Virus record (IMG/VR): IMGVR_UViG_3300047550_004781
Coordinates: 1-57,901 of that record
DNA: 57,901 bases
Origin: a virus
Lineage: Duplodnaviria > Caudoviricetes
Reading direction: 5' to 3' (one strand)
The notes under the pieces: generated by a model
The model's input: the letters and a program-made list of their open reading frames with translations, nothing else
The model's database searches: none
Told to the model about the DNA's origin: nothing
Translations under genes and position numbers: made by a program
Shown: piece by piece, positions 1-11,098 of the stretch
Layout of the letters: every line of letters starts with the position of its first letter
How positions within the stretch are numbered: position 1 is the first letter of the stretch

Positions 1-154
1 CACATGCGTGGAGAGACAATCAATTTTTAACCTGGGAACAAGTTGCCTACAACAAAAATGCCTTTGTGGAACCTGCACAAGTATTACAAGCTGTGGAACA
101 ACTGCTGCCCGGCAGCACCAAAAAAAAACACTGGATCAATCTAAATAGACAATC

Positions 155-724
155 ATGGCCAGTTACGTTCGTATTATAGTTACTCAACAACTATCCAAAC
201 AGCAGTTGGTACTTTGGTACCACACTGTTGAAAAATCTTTGCCCAGTGGTTTGATTGGAGAAACTCAGCTGTCTCCGGACACCTATAGTAAATTCTACGC
301 CAAACGGTTGAGCAACAACAAACACACATATGTGGTACCATTGGTGCGTGATCTTGATGCATATGAAGTTCATCAACTGTTGGAACACTGGTGTAGGGCT
401 TACCCCCAAGGTGATTTCATATTTGATTATAGTCAGGCTGTGGAACATAGTGTACCAAAACTGGCTGACCTTTCAGAACAAAAAATTGCGCAAGCCATGG
501 AAGCTTGGAGCAAACAACAGCACCAGAAATGGATGCAAGATCGCATGGAACAAGGTTGGCGATATGGAACAGTGATCAGTGTTAAAGATCGCACCCATCC
601 ATGGCTTCAACCGTGGGAAAGTTTGCCCCTGGGGGCCAAACAACACAATCTGCAAGCATGTAAAGATTTGGTCAAATGTCTGCAGGATTTTGGTTATACC
701 ATAGTGCAAAAGGTTGACGCATAA
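155..724 (+). CDS. RyR-domain protein
   Basis: C-terminal HQKWMQDRMEQGWRYG...THPWLQPWESLP matches the RyR repeat pattern; TAAATA at 142-147 upstream. Confidence 0.75.
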   Translation: MASYVRIIVTQQLSKQQLVLWYHTVEKSLPSGLIGETQLSPDTYSKFYAKRLSNNKHTYVVPLVRDLDAYEVHQLLEHWCRAYPQGDFIFDYSQAVEHSVPKLADLSEQKIAQAMEAWSKQQHQKWMQDRMEQGWRYGTVISVKDRTHPWLQPWESLPLGAKQHNLQACKDLVKCLQDFGYTIVQKVDA

Positions 725-783
725 TCATTTGACAATCAACGTGTGGTGTGAGCATAGTGTGAACAATTTTCAGGCCTCAGCAG

Positions 784-1032
784 TCAACCCCAGGTCAACA
801 AAAATTGTGTGAGTTGATCTTGTGTTTTGAACCAAAACACAACAGGATCGTCCAAACCCACACAATCACCACCACTGCTCATGAGCCAATCAACCAGTGG
901 CTCGCCCCAGTGCAGTTTGCACCATATACTCATTTGGGGGTTGTAACGGACTATGGGGCTTGGGAAAACAAAGCCCCACTCCTCATACGTGGGTGTGGTG
1001 GGCATATAGAATAATAGACAAAACTTGCTCAC
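784..1032 (-). CDS. small phage hypothetical protein
   Basis: 82-aa ORF ending WFKTQDQLTQFLLTWG, a C-terminal pattern common in small jumbo-phage proteins. Confidence 0.45.
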   Translation of the reverse strand: MSKFCLLFYMPTTPTYEEWGFVFPSPIVRYNPQMSIWCKLHWGEPLVDWLMSSGGDCVGLDDPVVFWFKTQDQLTQFLLTWG

Positions 1033-1219
1033 AAATGCAATACCAACACTAACCCGTTAGATGGCAAGGTTGAGGTGCCAATAGTCCGATTGGCCGTCTG
1101 TGGATCAATCCCCAGCAAATTCAAACACTTGCTGCTCATGTATTTTGTGTGGGTGAGGCATAATTTTGGTTGACATTCCTGTCAATCATGCTATTATGCA
1201 CACATAGAGCGAGGATGCA

Positions 1220-3480
1220 GTGATGTTTGTTCCCGGCACTCGAGTTATTGGTTATACCTACACTGACGACGGCCGTATCAGGATTGAAGGCACGGTGATT
1301 TGCCGCACTGACGATCCCGAAGAGATGTGGCAGGCCTACTATATCACGACCGATGCTGGTGAGACGTATTGCTGCGATGAGCAGGAAGTTTACCTGCTGC
1401 CGCGGCCTGACCCGCGTGACGTGCCCCTGGATCGCAACCTCACCGAGCTGCGGCTGCCCGCCTCGGCCCGCGATGCCAAGACCATCCGCGTGATCATCTG
1501 GGAGACCGATGCCGACACCGGTGCCCGTTCGATCCTAGACATCGTGGAGGGCGGTCGCAGGGAGATCATCCGCTGGTTCAACAGGCATCGCCAGCAGTGG
1601 GCCGAGCAGGGCCGGACCAACACAGCCCGCATCGAGGAGGTACCCTGATGTCCTGGATGGTGACACGCACGGACGACAACGGAGTCGAGCAGGTGATGGC
1701 CCGCAACCTCTCCGAGGACGAGGCCCGCACGCTGGTGGACCGCATGGCCCTCCGCGGCCACAAGCAAAGCTACCAGATGCTGCTGCAGATCCCGGTTGAC
1801 GGCACCCACCAAGAGTGCTAGAATTGCACCATAATCAGCCAGCAAGGAGCTGTCACATGCACACGGATCGCATTCTGGAAAACCTCAGGAACCTGATCAC
1901 CGCCCGGGAGAGGTTCCTCGACGAGTTCAAAAACACCGAGACATCCGCCGATCCGGTGTGGACGGCTGTGCGGACCACCGGATCGATCATGCTGGGGCAG
2001 GCATTGGCCGACCTGCGCATGATCGCCCAGCAGCTGGAGGAGTCCGGGACCACATCCAACATGCCAGCCGGGCATGATCGAACCGGGATCGATTTCACGC
2101 TGCCAGAGGTATCCGTCCATGGCAGCAACACCACCAGCGGTGGTTGGGACTGCGATCACCAGAACATGGGCAAGGGTAGTGGTGAAATCGACAGGATGTT
2201 CGGAATTTGAAATGAAGGGATCATGCATGCCTCGGGTGGAGGGCAGCGTGCCCTGGGAACGGGTTCGGATCAACGGCCAGCCGGTTGCCCAATCAACGGT
2301 TGCGCCGCGGGAAGGATCATGCTAGCGTTCACGGGACGAAACGGCGAGCAGGTGCATGGACTGGTTTGACATGGAACGTGGGATGTGTGATGCTGTGGCA
2401 TTGGCCTGCGACCAAGCCAGTGCCACGCAGGACCAAGGGCTGGGCACGGTGGCGGTGCTGCTGATCATGGTCATGGCCTTCGTGCTGGGCCTGGTGCTGG
2501 CGTTTTTCTCCAACCCCCGCAAGGATACCCAACATGTGTGTTGACACCTTTGTCATTGACCAGGTCAGCTGCGATTCGATCACCAAGGTGATCGAGCATG
2601 TGCCTCTCGGGCAGGATATCTCCATGGAAGCGATCTGGGTATTGGCCATCATGGTGGTGCTGGTTTTTGCCTACGCCTTTACCGCCTTTGGCGGTGGCGA
2701 GGCATAGCAGGGGCCAAACGGTTGACCTGCTGCCTAACCCATGCTATGTTCAAACCAAGGCAATGGAGACCGGAACGTGGACTGGGATTGGTGGGGATTG
2801 GTGTTCGTTTGGATCTGGAAACCGTTGGTCCTGCTGGGTGCAGCGGCGCTGCTGGCCATCGCCGCGGCCTGCGCGTTCCGCATGCTGGAGATATCCATCA
2901 GGATCATCACGGTCCTGCTGTCATGATGATGAAGACGACCTTTTATGGCACGCTGGTGCCAGAGCGGGACGAGGCGGGCAGGCTGCGCAGGTTGGCCGAG
3001 CACGAGGCTCCCGTCAGCATCGAGGACGGCGGCCAGGCCATGATCGCCGAGCTGGGCACCGGCAGGGAAGAAGGCCTCTTCGTGCGGTTGCAGAGCTGGG
3101 ATCCGGGCCGGATACACGCGGAGATGAGATCGATGATGGGCCGGCGCATCAGCGTCACCATCGAAGTCATGGACTGAGGTGGCGATGATCATCCCGGAGT
3201 TCGTGGAGATCGACCTGTCGGGCACCACCAAGCACGGCGGCAACGGCATCGAGGTGGGTCCTCTCTACATGGTTCTGCACGGCGGCCAGTTCTACCTGGG
3301 CAGGTTCTCCGATGTGTGGTTCTGGCTCGGACGCGCGCGGCACCTCCACCTGCAATACGATCCTCCCGGCACCAACAAAAGGCTCTGGCAGCGGGCCTGG
3401 AGGCTGGAGGACAATCACATCAACGAGGATGACGATGGCGAAGGATGGGAGGCCTGGGAAGCGGATTGGTGCCTCAGCAA
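1220..3480 (+). other. high-GC island of short hypothetical ORFs (about 1223-1648, 1648-1821, 1857-2210, 2356-2544, 2534-2707, 2923-3177, 3179-3595)
   Basis: Visibly GC-richer codon usage than the flanks; tightly packed or overlapping ORFs; TTGACA promoter at about 1170 and TTGACC at about 2722. Confidence 0.6.
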
Positions 3481-3563
3481 GGTGCTAACCAATTCTGAAA
3501 AAAAATGGTTGACAACGCCTGAGATTGTGCTATCATCAGCTCATGAACAGCAAGGCAAACAAC

Positions 3564-3968
3564 ATGAAGATGCCCAAGATTGGCACCGTGGTTGAGATCC
3601 TGGTGGACACCAGCTTTGTTCACAATTATTTGGTGAGCGGGCTCAAGCATATTGTTCCGCCTCAAACGCTCATGCGCGGCACGCTGGTTGAGACTCCTCC
3701 GCACATGGCAGGTTGTGTGACCTTGGCCAACAGTGAAACTGGCCATATGAACTATATCAGCCAGCACACAATCATCAGCATCAACAATCAAAAAATTGTG
3801 CAGCCCCAGCCCACGGAAGATCGCATCATCCTGGTCAAAAGTAGCAAGGGCAATGAAACCTACACTGTCAAACAGAATGGTATCACCAAGAAATGGGGAT
3901 GCACCTGCCCGGGATTTACGTTCAAAAAAACTTGCCGTCACACGCTGGAGGCACAAAAGGTTAAGTGA
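3564..3968 (+). CDS. SWIM zinc-finger protein
   Basis: YTV...WGCTCPGFTFKKTCRH (CxC...CxH); promoter TTGACA..TATCAT at about 3509. Confidence 0.7.
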   Translation: MKMPKIGTVVEILVDTSFVHNYLVSGLKHIVPPQTLMRGTLVETPPHMAGCVTLANSETGHMNYISQHTIISINNQKIVQPQPTEDRIILVKSSKGNETYTVKQNGITKKWGCTCPGFTFKKTCRHTLEAQKVK

Positions 3969-3998
3969 ACTGCCACAGCCAGGCTGTGGCAGTTCACT
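3964..3998. repeat. perfect palindrome of two IS right-end motifs; possible terminator
   Basis: AGTGAACTGCCACAGCC-A-GGCTGTGGCAGTTCACT, 17-bp arms, overlapping the upstream stop codon. Confidence 0.75.
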
Positions 3999-4135
3999 GA
4001 AGGGAAACATTAAATTATGATCATGTGCAAAGTCAGTGAGTTGACTTTGGGCCAGAAGGTCATTATATTTGCAGGTGCAGAAACGGGCCCTGCACCTGCG
4101 TGTTTGTTTGATTGTGGGAAAGTGACACTTGTGCT

Positions 4136-4597
4136 ATGAAAATTGTTTGTTTGATTGAGCCATCATGTGTGCAGGACAAGCAGTTGGTCAAACTTCTGGA
4201 GGATCAATTGGGCACACAAATTGATTGTGTGCACGTTACTCCTGAGCCAAGATCTGTCAAGCTACAACTGGCACAAATCATAGAAGGGGAGATAATCTGG
4301 CCTTTGATCTTAATAGCCCTGGGCACCAGGTGTGTGGATGCTGTGAGGGCCAGTGAATGGTTGGATTGTCCTGCTGTTTTGATCAATCCACAATTGTCAC
4401 AGTGTGAGCACACACCTGAAGGTGCACTCTTGCATGTGTTTGTGGAAATTGACCGAAAGCAGTCAGTCACACAAAAGCTTCCTTGGACCATGCATTTGGG
4501 CATAGGTGATCATGCGGAACAATGTTTGCATCAAGCTGTAGATTATGTGGCAAGCACTTGGGCCAAACGGGGAATACCATACACAGCTTTGACATGA
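4136..4597 (+). CDS. degenerate alpha/beta-hydrolase (YqiA-like) protein
   Basis: PAVLINPQL motif is present, but the GxSxG nucleophile elbow is replaced by ALGTR. Confidence 0.35.
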   Translation: MKIVCLIEPSCVQDKQLVKLLEDQLGTQIDCVHVTPEPRSVKLQLAQIIEGEIIWPLILIALGTRCVDAVRASEWLDCPAVLINPQLSQCEHTPEGALLHVFVEIDRKQSVTQKLPWTMHLGIGDHAEQCLHQAVDYVASTWAKRGIPYTALT

Positions 4598-5076
4598 GGA
4601 TGTCCAGCAATCAACCTGGTGTAGTGGATTCCATCGCTGTCTAAATCCAGGATTTTTTTGTTCAACAGGGTCCCTGCCAGTTGATTATCCAAAGGCAAAA
4701 ACCCCAATTTTTTGTAGATTGATTCCATTTTGCCACTGACTTCTGCCCAACTTCTACTGAGTTTTTGATCTTCTCTGAGAATCATCAGTAGGTCCTGTTT
4801 GCCCTGAGACGTTTGATCGGTGGCCACAGCAATCAATTTCCTGCCGTGTGATTCTTTGTAAATCAAAATGGCAGTGATAGTGGCTCCTCTTCTCACAAGT
4901 TTCCACAACCCTGGTGTTTGTACAAGTTCTTGCACACTGCTGGCACTTTGGAAGCCTCCGATGTCAGCATAAGCATCAGCCAACATTTGCCACACCATGG
5001 GTGCATATTTCTGTCTTGCTGTTATATCATTATGATCGAAATTGAGAACCTTCTCTTGCAATTGTATGATTCTCAT
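4543..5076 (-). CDS. hypothetical late protein (MRIIQLQE N-terminus)
   Basis: 177-aa ORF; TAAATA on the minus strand at 5115-5120. Confidence 0.6.
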   Translation of the reverse strand: MRIIQLQEKVLNFDHNDITARQKYAPMVWQMLADAYADIGGFQSASSVQELVQTPGLWKLVRRGATITAILIYKESHGRKLIAVATDQTSQGKQDLLMILREDQKLSRSWAEVSGKMESIYKKLGFLPLDNQLAGTLLNKKILDLDSDGIHYTRLIAGHPHVKAVYGIPRLAQVLAT

Positions 5077-5140
5077 CAGTGATAACCTTTCATAGTAGGG
5101 ATTGACATTTGTTGTATTTATGCTAGATTAAGCATAGTTA

Positions 5141-6490
5141 GTGAGGTCGAAAATGCTTACACCTGCTCATGTGATTGAGGCACTGCAAAACACCAGCAGC
5201 CGCTTGGACAAGGAAAAGATCATCCAGCAAGCATTTGATGCTGGCATCACAGAGTTTTTCCTGGGTGCAAAAATGGCCCTGGATGTGATGGTCACATATG
5301 GTGTCAAGAGTGTGCCTTTGATTGAAGAGGATGATGGCACAGCTGATTTTACCTGGCAGGAGTTTTGTGATCTATCCAATCAACTACAAACTCGCAAGCT
5401 GTCTGGCAATGCTGCTCGCGACGCGCTGAGGCAGGCTGCAATGCGCGCTAATGCACATGAGTGGAATTTCTGGTATCGTCGTATCCTGCTCAAGGATCTC
5501 AAGTGCGGTACCAGTGAGAAGACCATCAACAGTGTGCTGGACAAGAATGGAAAGCAGGGCAAGGCCTTGCAAGTTCCTGTGTTTAGTTGCCAGCTTGCCA
5601 AGCCTGCAGATGATCATCCCAAGAAGATGTCAGGTGCCAAGCTGTTGGACCGCAAATTTGATGGTGTGCGCCTGCTGACGGTTGTGCAGAAGACTGGCGA
5701 AGTAACCCAGTTTACTCGCAACGGTTTGCAGAACACCAACTTTGGCCACATTTGCCAAATGCTCAAGGGCCTGGCTCCCTACCTCACGGAGAGTGTGGTG
5801 CTGGATGGCGAAATCATCAGTGCCAGCTTCCAGAGTCTCATGAAGCAGGTCAATCGCAAGGAACATGTCAACACACAGGACAGCCGGTTGGTGTTGTTTG
5901 ATATTATTCCGCTCAAGGATTTCCAGGCTGGCGAGTACAAGGTAGGGCAGGCTGATCGCCATGCTGCCTTGTGTGAACTGATTCCTGTGCTGGATGAGAT
6001 TACAGATGGTGTGGTGGTTGTTGAGCCCAAGCTGAGCGTGAACCTGGACACCCCAGAAGGCAAGAACAAGCTGGCGGAATTCAACCGCCAAGTGCTGGAT
6101 GCCAACCTAGAAGGCATCATGATCAAGGATCCAAAGGCCGCTTACAAGACCAAGCGTAGTGATGCATGGTTGAAACTCAAGCCTTGGTTGACAGTTGACC
6201 TGGAAATTGTGGATGTGGAACAGGGAACTCCCGACAGCAAGTTTGCCCACACCATGGGTGCGTTGGTTTGTGAAGGTGAGGATCAGGGGCGCCACATCCG
6301 TGTGAATGTGGGCAGTGGATTCAGCGAAGAACTGCGTGACGAAATTTGGCAAAATCGTGCTAACATGCTGGGAAGAATTGTGGAGATCAAGGGTGATGCT
6401 CTCACACAAGATCAAAATCAGCACGAATGGAGCCTAAGGTTTCCAGTGTTCATACAATTCCGTGGTTTTGCAGTCCATGAGAAGATCTAA
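5141..6490 (+). CDS. lig: ATP-dependent DNA ligase
   Basis: KFDGVR adenylation motif, LDGEI, FDII, EGIMIK, WLKLKP, VGSGF, SLRFPVF. Confidence 0.95.
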   Translation: MRSKMLTPAHVIEALQNTSSRLDKEKIIQQAFDAGITEFFLGAKMALDVMVTYGVKSVPLIEEDDGTADFTWQEFCDLSNQLQTRKLSGNAARDALRQAAMRANAHEWNFWYRRILLKDLKCGTSEKTINSVLDKNGKQGKALQVPVFSCQLAKPADDHPKKMSGAKLLDRKFDGVRLLTVVQKTGEVTQFTRNGLQNTNFGHICQMLKGLAPYLTESVVLDGEIISASFQSLMKQVNRKEHVNTQDSRLVLFDIIPLKDFQAGEYKVGQADRHAALCELIPVLDEITDGVVVVEPKLSVNLDTPEGKNKLAEFNRQVLDANLEGIMIKDPKAAYKTKRSDAWLKLKPWLTVDLEIVDVEQGTPDSKFAHTMGALVCEGEDQGRHIRVNVGSGFSEELRDEIWQNRANMLGRIVEIKGDALTQDQNQHEWSLRFPVFIQFRGFAVHEKI

Positions 6491-6667
6491 ACATGGATGA
6501 ACTTTTTGAACAAGCCAGCAGGGCCAGCCTTGGATTGCATGACGCCTGACCGTTCACAGAACCCATTCAGTTGGTTAGTGCATGGTGATTGGGGTTTCAC
6601 ACATGCAAAATTAACCTTGCAGCCAGACTCCCTTAGACAACATTGTGGATGATAAGGGTACAAAAGG

Positions 6668-6913
6668 ATGCATGTGCATTGCACATCCACAATGTGGATT
6701 TTTGTGCCTATGGATAAGCATGAGCATGGCGAATTGGTGAGTTTTTGCAAATCAGCAGTAGGCAAGAGTCATGGTGTGGTCAGCGTGTGGTATACACAAC
6801 GTGTGCCTCTCAAGCTAGAGGATGGAACTTCTATCAAGCCAGGAATTGTGGTCAAAAACAAGGATTTGGCCCTACAAATCATTCTGGTGTTTGGTGCCAC
6901 CTACATAGTGTGA
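6668..6913 (+). CDS. hypothetical protein
   Basis: ORF only; true start uncertain. Confidence 0.3.
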   Translation: MHVHCTSTMWIFVPMDKHEHGELVSFCKSAVGKSHGVVSVWYTQRVPLKLEDGTSIKPGIVVKNKDLALQIILVFGATYIV

Positions 6914-7024
6914 GGTTGGCAACTCATGAGAATGGTTATTCATTGTGCCTCCCGGAAAGTCAAAATTGGACTGACGGATAGAGAATGTCATAGTTATTGA
7001 GATCATATATTTCCATAACTGATC

Positions 7025-8143
7025 TTATATTTTTTTAACAGAGGGACTATATGCTCCTCTGTTGCGGATATTGATAGCGCCATTCAAGTCAGCATCTATC
7101 TCAAATCCACAACTCAAACACGAGAATCTTTCGCCTTGGCGTGATTGCTTGTGTTTGACCCCGCATGCACTGCAAGTTTGCGATGTGTATGCTGCATGTA
7201 CGCGAGTTAACCGGACGCCGTTCTCTTCGCATGCATGTTCTATCCTTTGCTGGGCATAACCCACGCGCCAGAATTGATTCTTCCTACCCCAACGATTGCC
7301 TTGCTTGATTTCACTCAAATCTTCCATGACCAAATGGCTGAGTTGATCCCAAGGTATATCGTTTTTGATAGAATAGTTGATTTGGTTTTTGAGTTCAGTT
7401 CTTGCCCTTGCATGAGATTTGCTGCGTTGCTTGCGACGGGCAATTCGTTCTAATATGTCTTTAATTGGTCTACCAGTTGTATGGGTGGTTTCCATGCGTC
7501 CAGTAGAACAAGTGACCAACTTGTTCCGGCCCATGTCTACACCCATGATGGCTTGGTTGGATCGCAAGGTCACAGCCTTGACAAAATAGATACCCAAGCT
7601 ACCATCGGAATTAACACGCAAACAATTGGTTTTCATGACAAAACCACGTCGCATTAGGTCTTGCATGTGACGTGTGGGTGTGAATGGAATATAAAATGAT
7701 TTACTAGGAAATGATGTGATCTTGATCCAATTGGTGGAAATCTTGCTTGTTTTGTTGGGTTGTATGTCAATAAATCTACTATCCAACTCAATGTTCACCG
7801 AGTTGATATCAATGGACAAGCTTTTGTTGTTCCATTTGTCTAATATTTCTTGTTGGTATTTTTGTAGGTTATTGGCTTTTTGAGCTAGTTTGACTTTCTC
7901 TTGAATTGATCTGACTATTGCACTGGCTTGTTTGGCACATACCTGGCTCAACCTAGATGGCAATTGAATCTGATCAGTAACGTCTTTGTTGGCAAATTTG
8001 GTTATTTTATCTTGATATAACTGGTGATCAACTAGTTTTTGTAGTTCTTGTCTATAGATATCAAATGGCCGCATCAACATCAAGTGTTTGATGTGATTGG
8101 CTAGTTTGGGTCTGTAGGTTGATATCCTAGTAATCTTGCTCAT
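7025..8143 (-). CDS. tnpB: TnpB RNA-guided nuclease (IS607)
   Basis: RuvC GVDMG / MEDL / DADLNGAINI and Zn finger CSAC..CLSC. Confidence 0.9.
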   Translation of the reverse strand: MSKITRISTYRPKLANHIKHLMLMRPFDIYRQELQKLVDHQLYQDKITKFANKDVTDQIQLPSRLSQVCAKQASAIVRSIQEKVKLAQKANNLQKYQQEILDKWNNKSLSIDINSVNIELDSRFIDIQPNKTSKISTNWIKITSFPSKSFYIPFTPTRHMQDLMRRGFVMKTNCLRVNSDGSLGIYFVKAVTLRSNQAIMGVDMGRNKLVTCSTGRMETTHTTGRPIKDILERIARRKQRSKSHARARTELKNQINYSIKNDIPWDQLSHLVMEDLSEIKQGNRWGRKNQFWRVGYAQQRIEHACEENGVRLTRVHAAYTSQTCSACGVKHKQSRQGERFSCLSCGFEIDADLNGAINIRNRGAYSPSVKKI

Positions 8144-8723
8144 TTTTCAATTCAGATATAAGTTTTTCTGTTTTTCGTTTACTTCGTCTTTGCCCATATA
8201 ATCTAGCACAAAAACTAGTAATAATTGCTACTAGATCTTCCATCAATCCGTGGTCCTCGTTGTCTACTTCGTTAACAACATATATGTTATTTATATTATT
8301 TATGATCAAATTGAAACCAAATCTAGTCAATCTGTCTTTGTGTTCTACAATTATATAGTCGTATTTATGTGCATCCTTGAGCAAAGACAGCAATTTTGGT
8401 CGTTGATCATTGACACCACTTGCTATTTCTTTTTCTATTCTAACCACACGCCAACCCCGGGAATTGGCAAACATTACAAGTCTATCTACTTGTCTTTCTA
8501 AATCTTCTTTGTTTTCAACAGAACTTACCCGTGCATATATAGCAACTCCTTGATCTACAACAGATTTTGAGGCACCTAGGTATCTATTAATCTCAGCTTC
8601 ATCCACGTACCACCTATTATTTTTGGTTTTGATAGCACTAATTTCGCCAGATTTTATCTTGTTCCACATAGTTTGTTTGTGAATCCCTAATTGCATTGCA
8701 GCTTGTGATAATTTATACTTCAT
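8127..8723 (-). CDS. tnpA: IS607 serine-recombinase transposase
   Basis: N-terminal MerR-like HTH, YARVSS, DRLTRFG, EDLVAIITSFCARLYGQR; TATAAATA at 8729-8736 (-). Confidence 0.92.
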   Translation of the reverse strand: MKYKLSQAAMQLGIHKQTMWNKIKSGEISAIKTKNNRWYVDEAEINRYLGASKSVVDQGVAIYARVSSVENKEDLERQVDRLVMFANSRGWRVVRIEKEIASGVNDQRPKLLSLLKDAHKYDYIIVEHKDRLTRFGFNLIINNINNIYVVNEVDNEDHGLMEDLVAIITSFCARLYGQRRSKRKTEKLISELKNEQDY

Positions 8724-8950
8724 ATATCTATTTATACCAGAAGTGTAATTCAAACACAAAATTATACAATTTTTTACGAAATGAATGAAGTTTTAATAAT
8801 ACTTATGTGGCACCCAACATTGGTTTTTGTTGACAGATAGCAGATCCACTGTTGGATAGAAGACAATACCATGATTGATGGTTATTTGGAACTAGACATA
8901 ACCCTCACACTCTTATATGCTGAGCATGAATATCAAGGACAGCCCTAATC

Positions 8951-9982
8951 ATGGACACACGAATTGGCTTTTGCTGCAAGATGCTGCCTGATCCCAGCCA
9001 ATCCTTTGTAGGCAAAAAGGATCTGCAAGAGTGGCTGGACCTGCACAACTGCAAAAGCACAACTGTGGCCTACCTGGATAGGCTCAATCACAACCAGGTA
9101 GTTGACAAAATCATCAGCCTCATAGAACACAATCAGCGTGCCTTGCGCAATCAGATCAGTGTGCTCAGCACATGGGATCTACCTCTGCGTATGATGCGAA
9201 TTGGCAGTGAGATCCTGCCTGTGCGAACGTTTGAAAAGTACAAGCATGTCTACACTGAGCCTAGTGTTGTTCGTGCGTTGGAGGGGTTTGAGGCAGTGGG
9301 CAATCTGGCTCGCAAGTATGATATCAGGCTGAGCACTCATCCTGGACAATATACCATCCTCACCAGCAACACAGCAGAAGTTGTCAACCGAGCTATTCTA
9401 GACCTGGAGTATCATGCTGAAATTTTCCGGCTGATGGGCTACACCAGCACAGACCAACGGCAGGAAATCAACATCCATGGTGGTGCTAGATGTACTGACT
9501 TTGTGGACAGGTTTGTAGCTGGACGCAATAGGCTCAGCCGTGACACAAGGGAATGGCTGAGTGTGGAGAATGATGAGTTCAGCTATGGTGTGGATGACCT
9601 GCTGCCTTTGGCTGACCTGGTCAAAATCTGCGTAGACATCAACCATTATTGGATCAAGGAGGGACACTATCTGCAACCTGACGATGCACGTATGCAAAAA
9701 GTGGTTGCCAGTTGGCGTGGTGCCAGGCCCGAGATTCATGTGGCTTGGCCCCATGAACAGGTGTTGACTGATCATGCAGATCCGCATAGCCTGCCTGACA
9801 TGGCTGTTTTGGAAAGTGCGGGATACAAGCGTGCCAAACTACGAGCACACAGTGACGATGCCTGGATCCCAGCTATCGGCAAATATGCCTTGGAGTTTTG
9901 GCCCATGGCTGATCTTTGTGTGGAGGCCAAATACAAAAATCTGGCCAGCACAAAGTTGTATAATATGACCAAATCTACCTAA
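8951..9982 (+). CDS. uvsE: UV DNA damage endonuclease
   Basis: RIGS, RLSTHPGQY, INIHGG, SVENDE, DINH, RAHSD, VEAKYK motifs. Confidence 0.9.
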   Translation: MDTRIGFCCKMLPDPSQSFVGKKDLQEWLDLHNCKSTTVAYLDRLNHNQVVDKIISLIEHNQRALRNQISVLSTWDLPLRMMRIGSEILPVRTFEKYKHVYTEPSVVRALEGFEAVGNLARKYDIRLSTHPGQYTILTSNTAEVVNRAILDLEYHAEIFRLMGYTSTDQRQEINIHGGARCTDFVDRFVAGRNRLSRDTREWLSVENDEFSYGVDDLLPLADLVKICVDINHYWIKEGHYLQPDDARMQKVVASWRGARPEIHVAWPHEQVLTDHADPHSLPDMAVLESAGYKRAKLRAHSDDAWIPAIGKYALEFWPMADLCVEAKYKNLASTKLYNMTKST

Positions 9983-10028
9983 ATAAACCTACCATTCACA
10001 CTCTCATTACACAAGGAGACATCATGAG

Positions 10029-10388
10029 ATGAGCAATAACCATTTTTGGGGATTCCATACAACCATAGACGCACACGCATGCGATATCAATGCCGTTAGA
10101 GACGGCGAACTCATTGCTAAATTTTTAACTCATCTGGTTGATGAGATCGATATGATAGCCTATGGCACTCCTCAAGTTGTTCATTTCGGTGAAGATAACA
10201 AGGCAGGATGGACGGGGGTACAGTTGATCTCCACCTCAAATATTATTGGTCATTGGTGCGATGAAGGAGACTGTTATTTTGATGTGTTTTCTTGCCGCCC
10301 TTACGACGTGTCAAAAGTTGAGAACCTATTTCGGGAATATTTCAAGCCACAACGTATGCGTACCAATTACCTAACACGTCAAGCTTGA
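10029..10388 (+). CDS. speD: S-adenosylmethionine decarboxylase-like proenzyme
   Basis: GWTGVQLISTSNIIGH and YFDVFSC motifs. Confidence 0.7.
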   Translation: MSNNHFWGFHTTIDAHACDINAVRDGELIAKFLTHLVDEIDMIAYGTPQVVHFGEDNKAGWTGVQLISTSNIIGHWCDEGDCYFDVFSCRPYDVSKVENLFREYFKPQRMRTNYLTRQA

Positions 10389-10398
10389 TGACTAATTG

Positions 10399-10425
10399 AT
10401 ACAGGCGGCAATGCCGCCTGTATCT
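10399..10425. terminator. hairpin between convergent genes
   Basis: GATACAGGCGGC-AAT-GCCGCCTGTATC. Confidence 0.6.
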
Positions 10426-11029
10426 AATCCCTAACAACAATCCAACCCTTACTTGGCCTACTATTTTTGGTGAACATGTGTGCAAGACCTGATTCTGCCA
10501 TAGGATAAGCGGCCTGTAACTGATGTCTGGTGCAATATAGATCACCATGTGTGGGGTGCTGGAAATGATATATCTTATGATCTTGATGTCCCAGCTTCTT
10601 TTTCAACCTGGTTTCGTCGGAATCTTTTGTTCCTGACCTATTTTGTGACATAAGCTTCAAGCTTTCCTGAGTATGTCGCTTTTTATACATATTATTCAAT
10701 ACACCAGGTTTGGAATAATTTTTCCGCTGCTGGCGACTCAATTTCATTCCTGAAACTCCGTCTCCACCATCTGTCCTATTACGCAAGATGCCTGTTCCCA
10801 AATCTTTCCTACCATACCAACGTATTAGCCAACGTTCAAGGGCTAATGCTCCAATTTCTGTTAGATTTTGTTCTATGATTACAATCCTTGACATATTTGA
10901 CGGTAGAGGCATGCACTTATGGTGTTGCCATGCTCGACGCTTTTTGCCCTTGCCAATATAATAAGGTGTATGGTCATGCCTTAAATAGGCATAGACATAA
11001 AATCCAGAAGGATATTGTGATTTTTTCAT
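10424..11029 (-). CDS. free-standing GIY-YIG-type homing endonuclease with NUMOD-like tail
   Basis: FYVYAY...[34 protein letters not shown]. Confidence 0.8.
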   Translation of the reverse strand: MKKSQYPSGFYVYAYLRHDHTPYYIGKGKKRRAWQHHKCMPLPSNMSRIVIIEQNLTEIGALALERWLIRWYGRKDLGTGILRNRTDGGDGVSGMKLSRQQRKNYSKPGVLNNMYKKRHTQESLKLMSQNRSGTKDSDETRLKKKLGHQDHKIYHFQHPTHGDLYCTRHQLQAAYPMAESGLAHMFTKNSRPSKGWIVVRD

Positions 11030-11098
11030 GCTGAATGCTCCCAATTAGCGTTTAGAGTCGGCGGATATTTCCAGTATCGCGGTCGACAAACCTATTTA
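11027..11098 (-). promoter_or_regulatory. structured leader of the homing endonuclease gene (copy 1)
   Basis: TAAATA followed by a stem-loop and CTCTAAACGCTA..GGAGCATTCAGCATG; a second copy lies at 39988-40058. Confidence 0.55.

Larger units (their letters stand above)
6975..8810 (-). mobile_element. IS607-family element (tnpA serine recombinase + tnpB); ends approximate
   Basis: Overlapping tnpA-tnpB pair, AT-rich relative to the flanks. Confidence 0.8.

Noticed and set aside
4071-4100. 10-bp hairpin GCAGGTGCAG..CTGCACCTGC after a promoter as an sRNA
   Set aside because: Single occurrence, adequately explained as a 5' leader or terminator stem.
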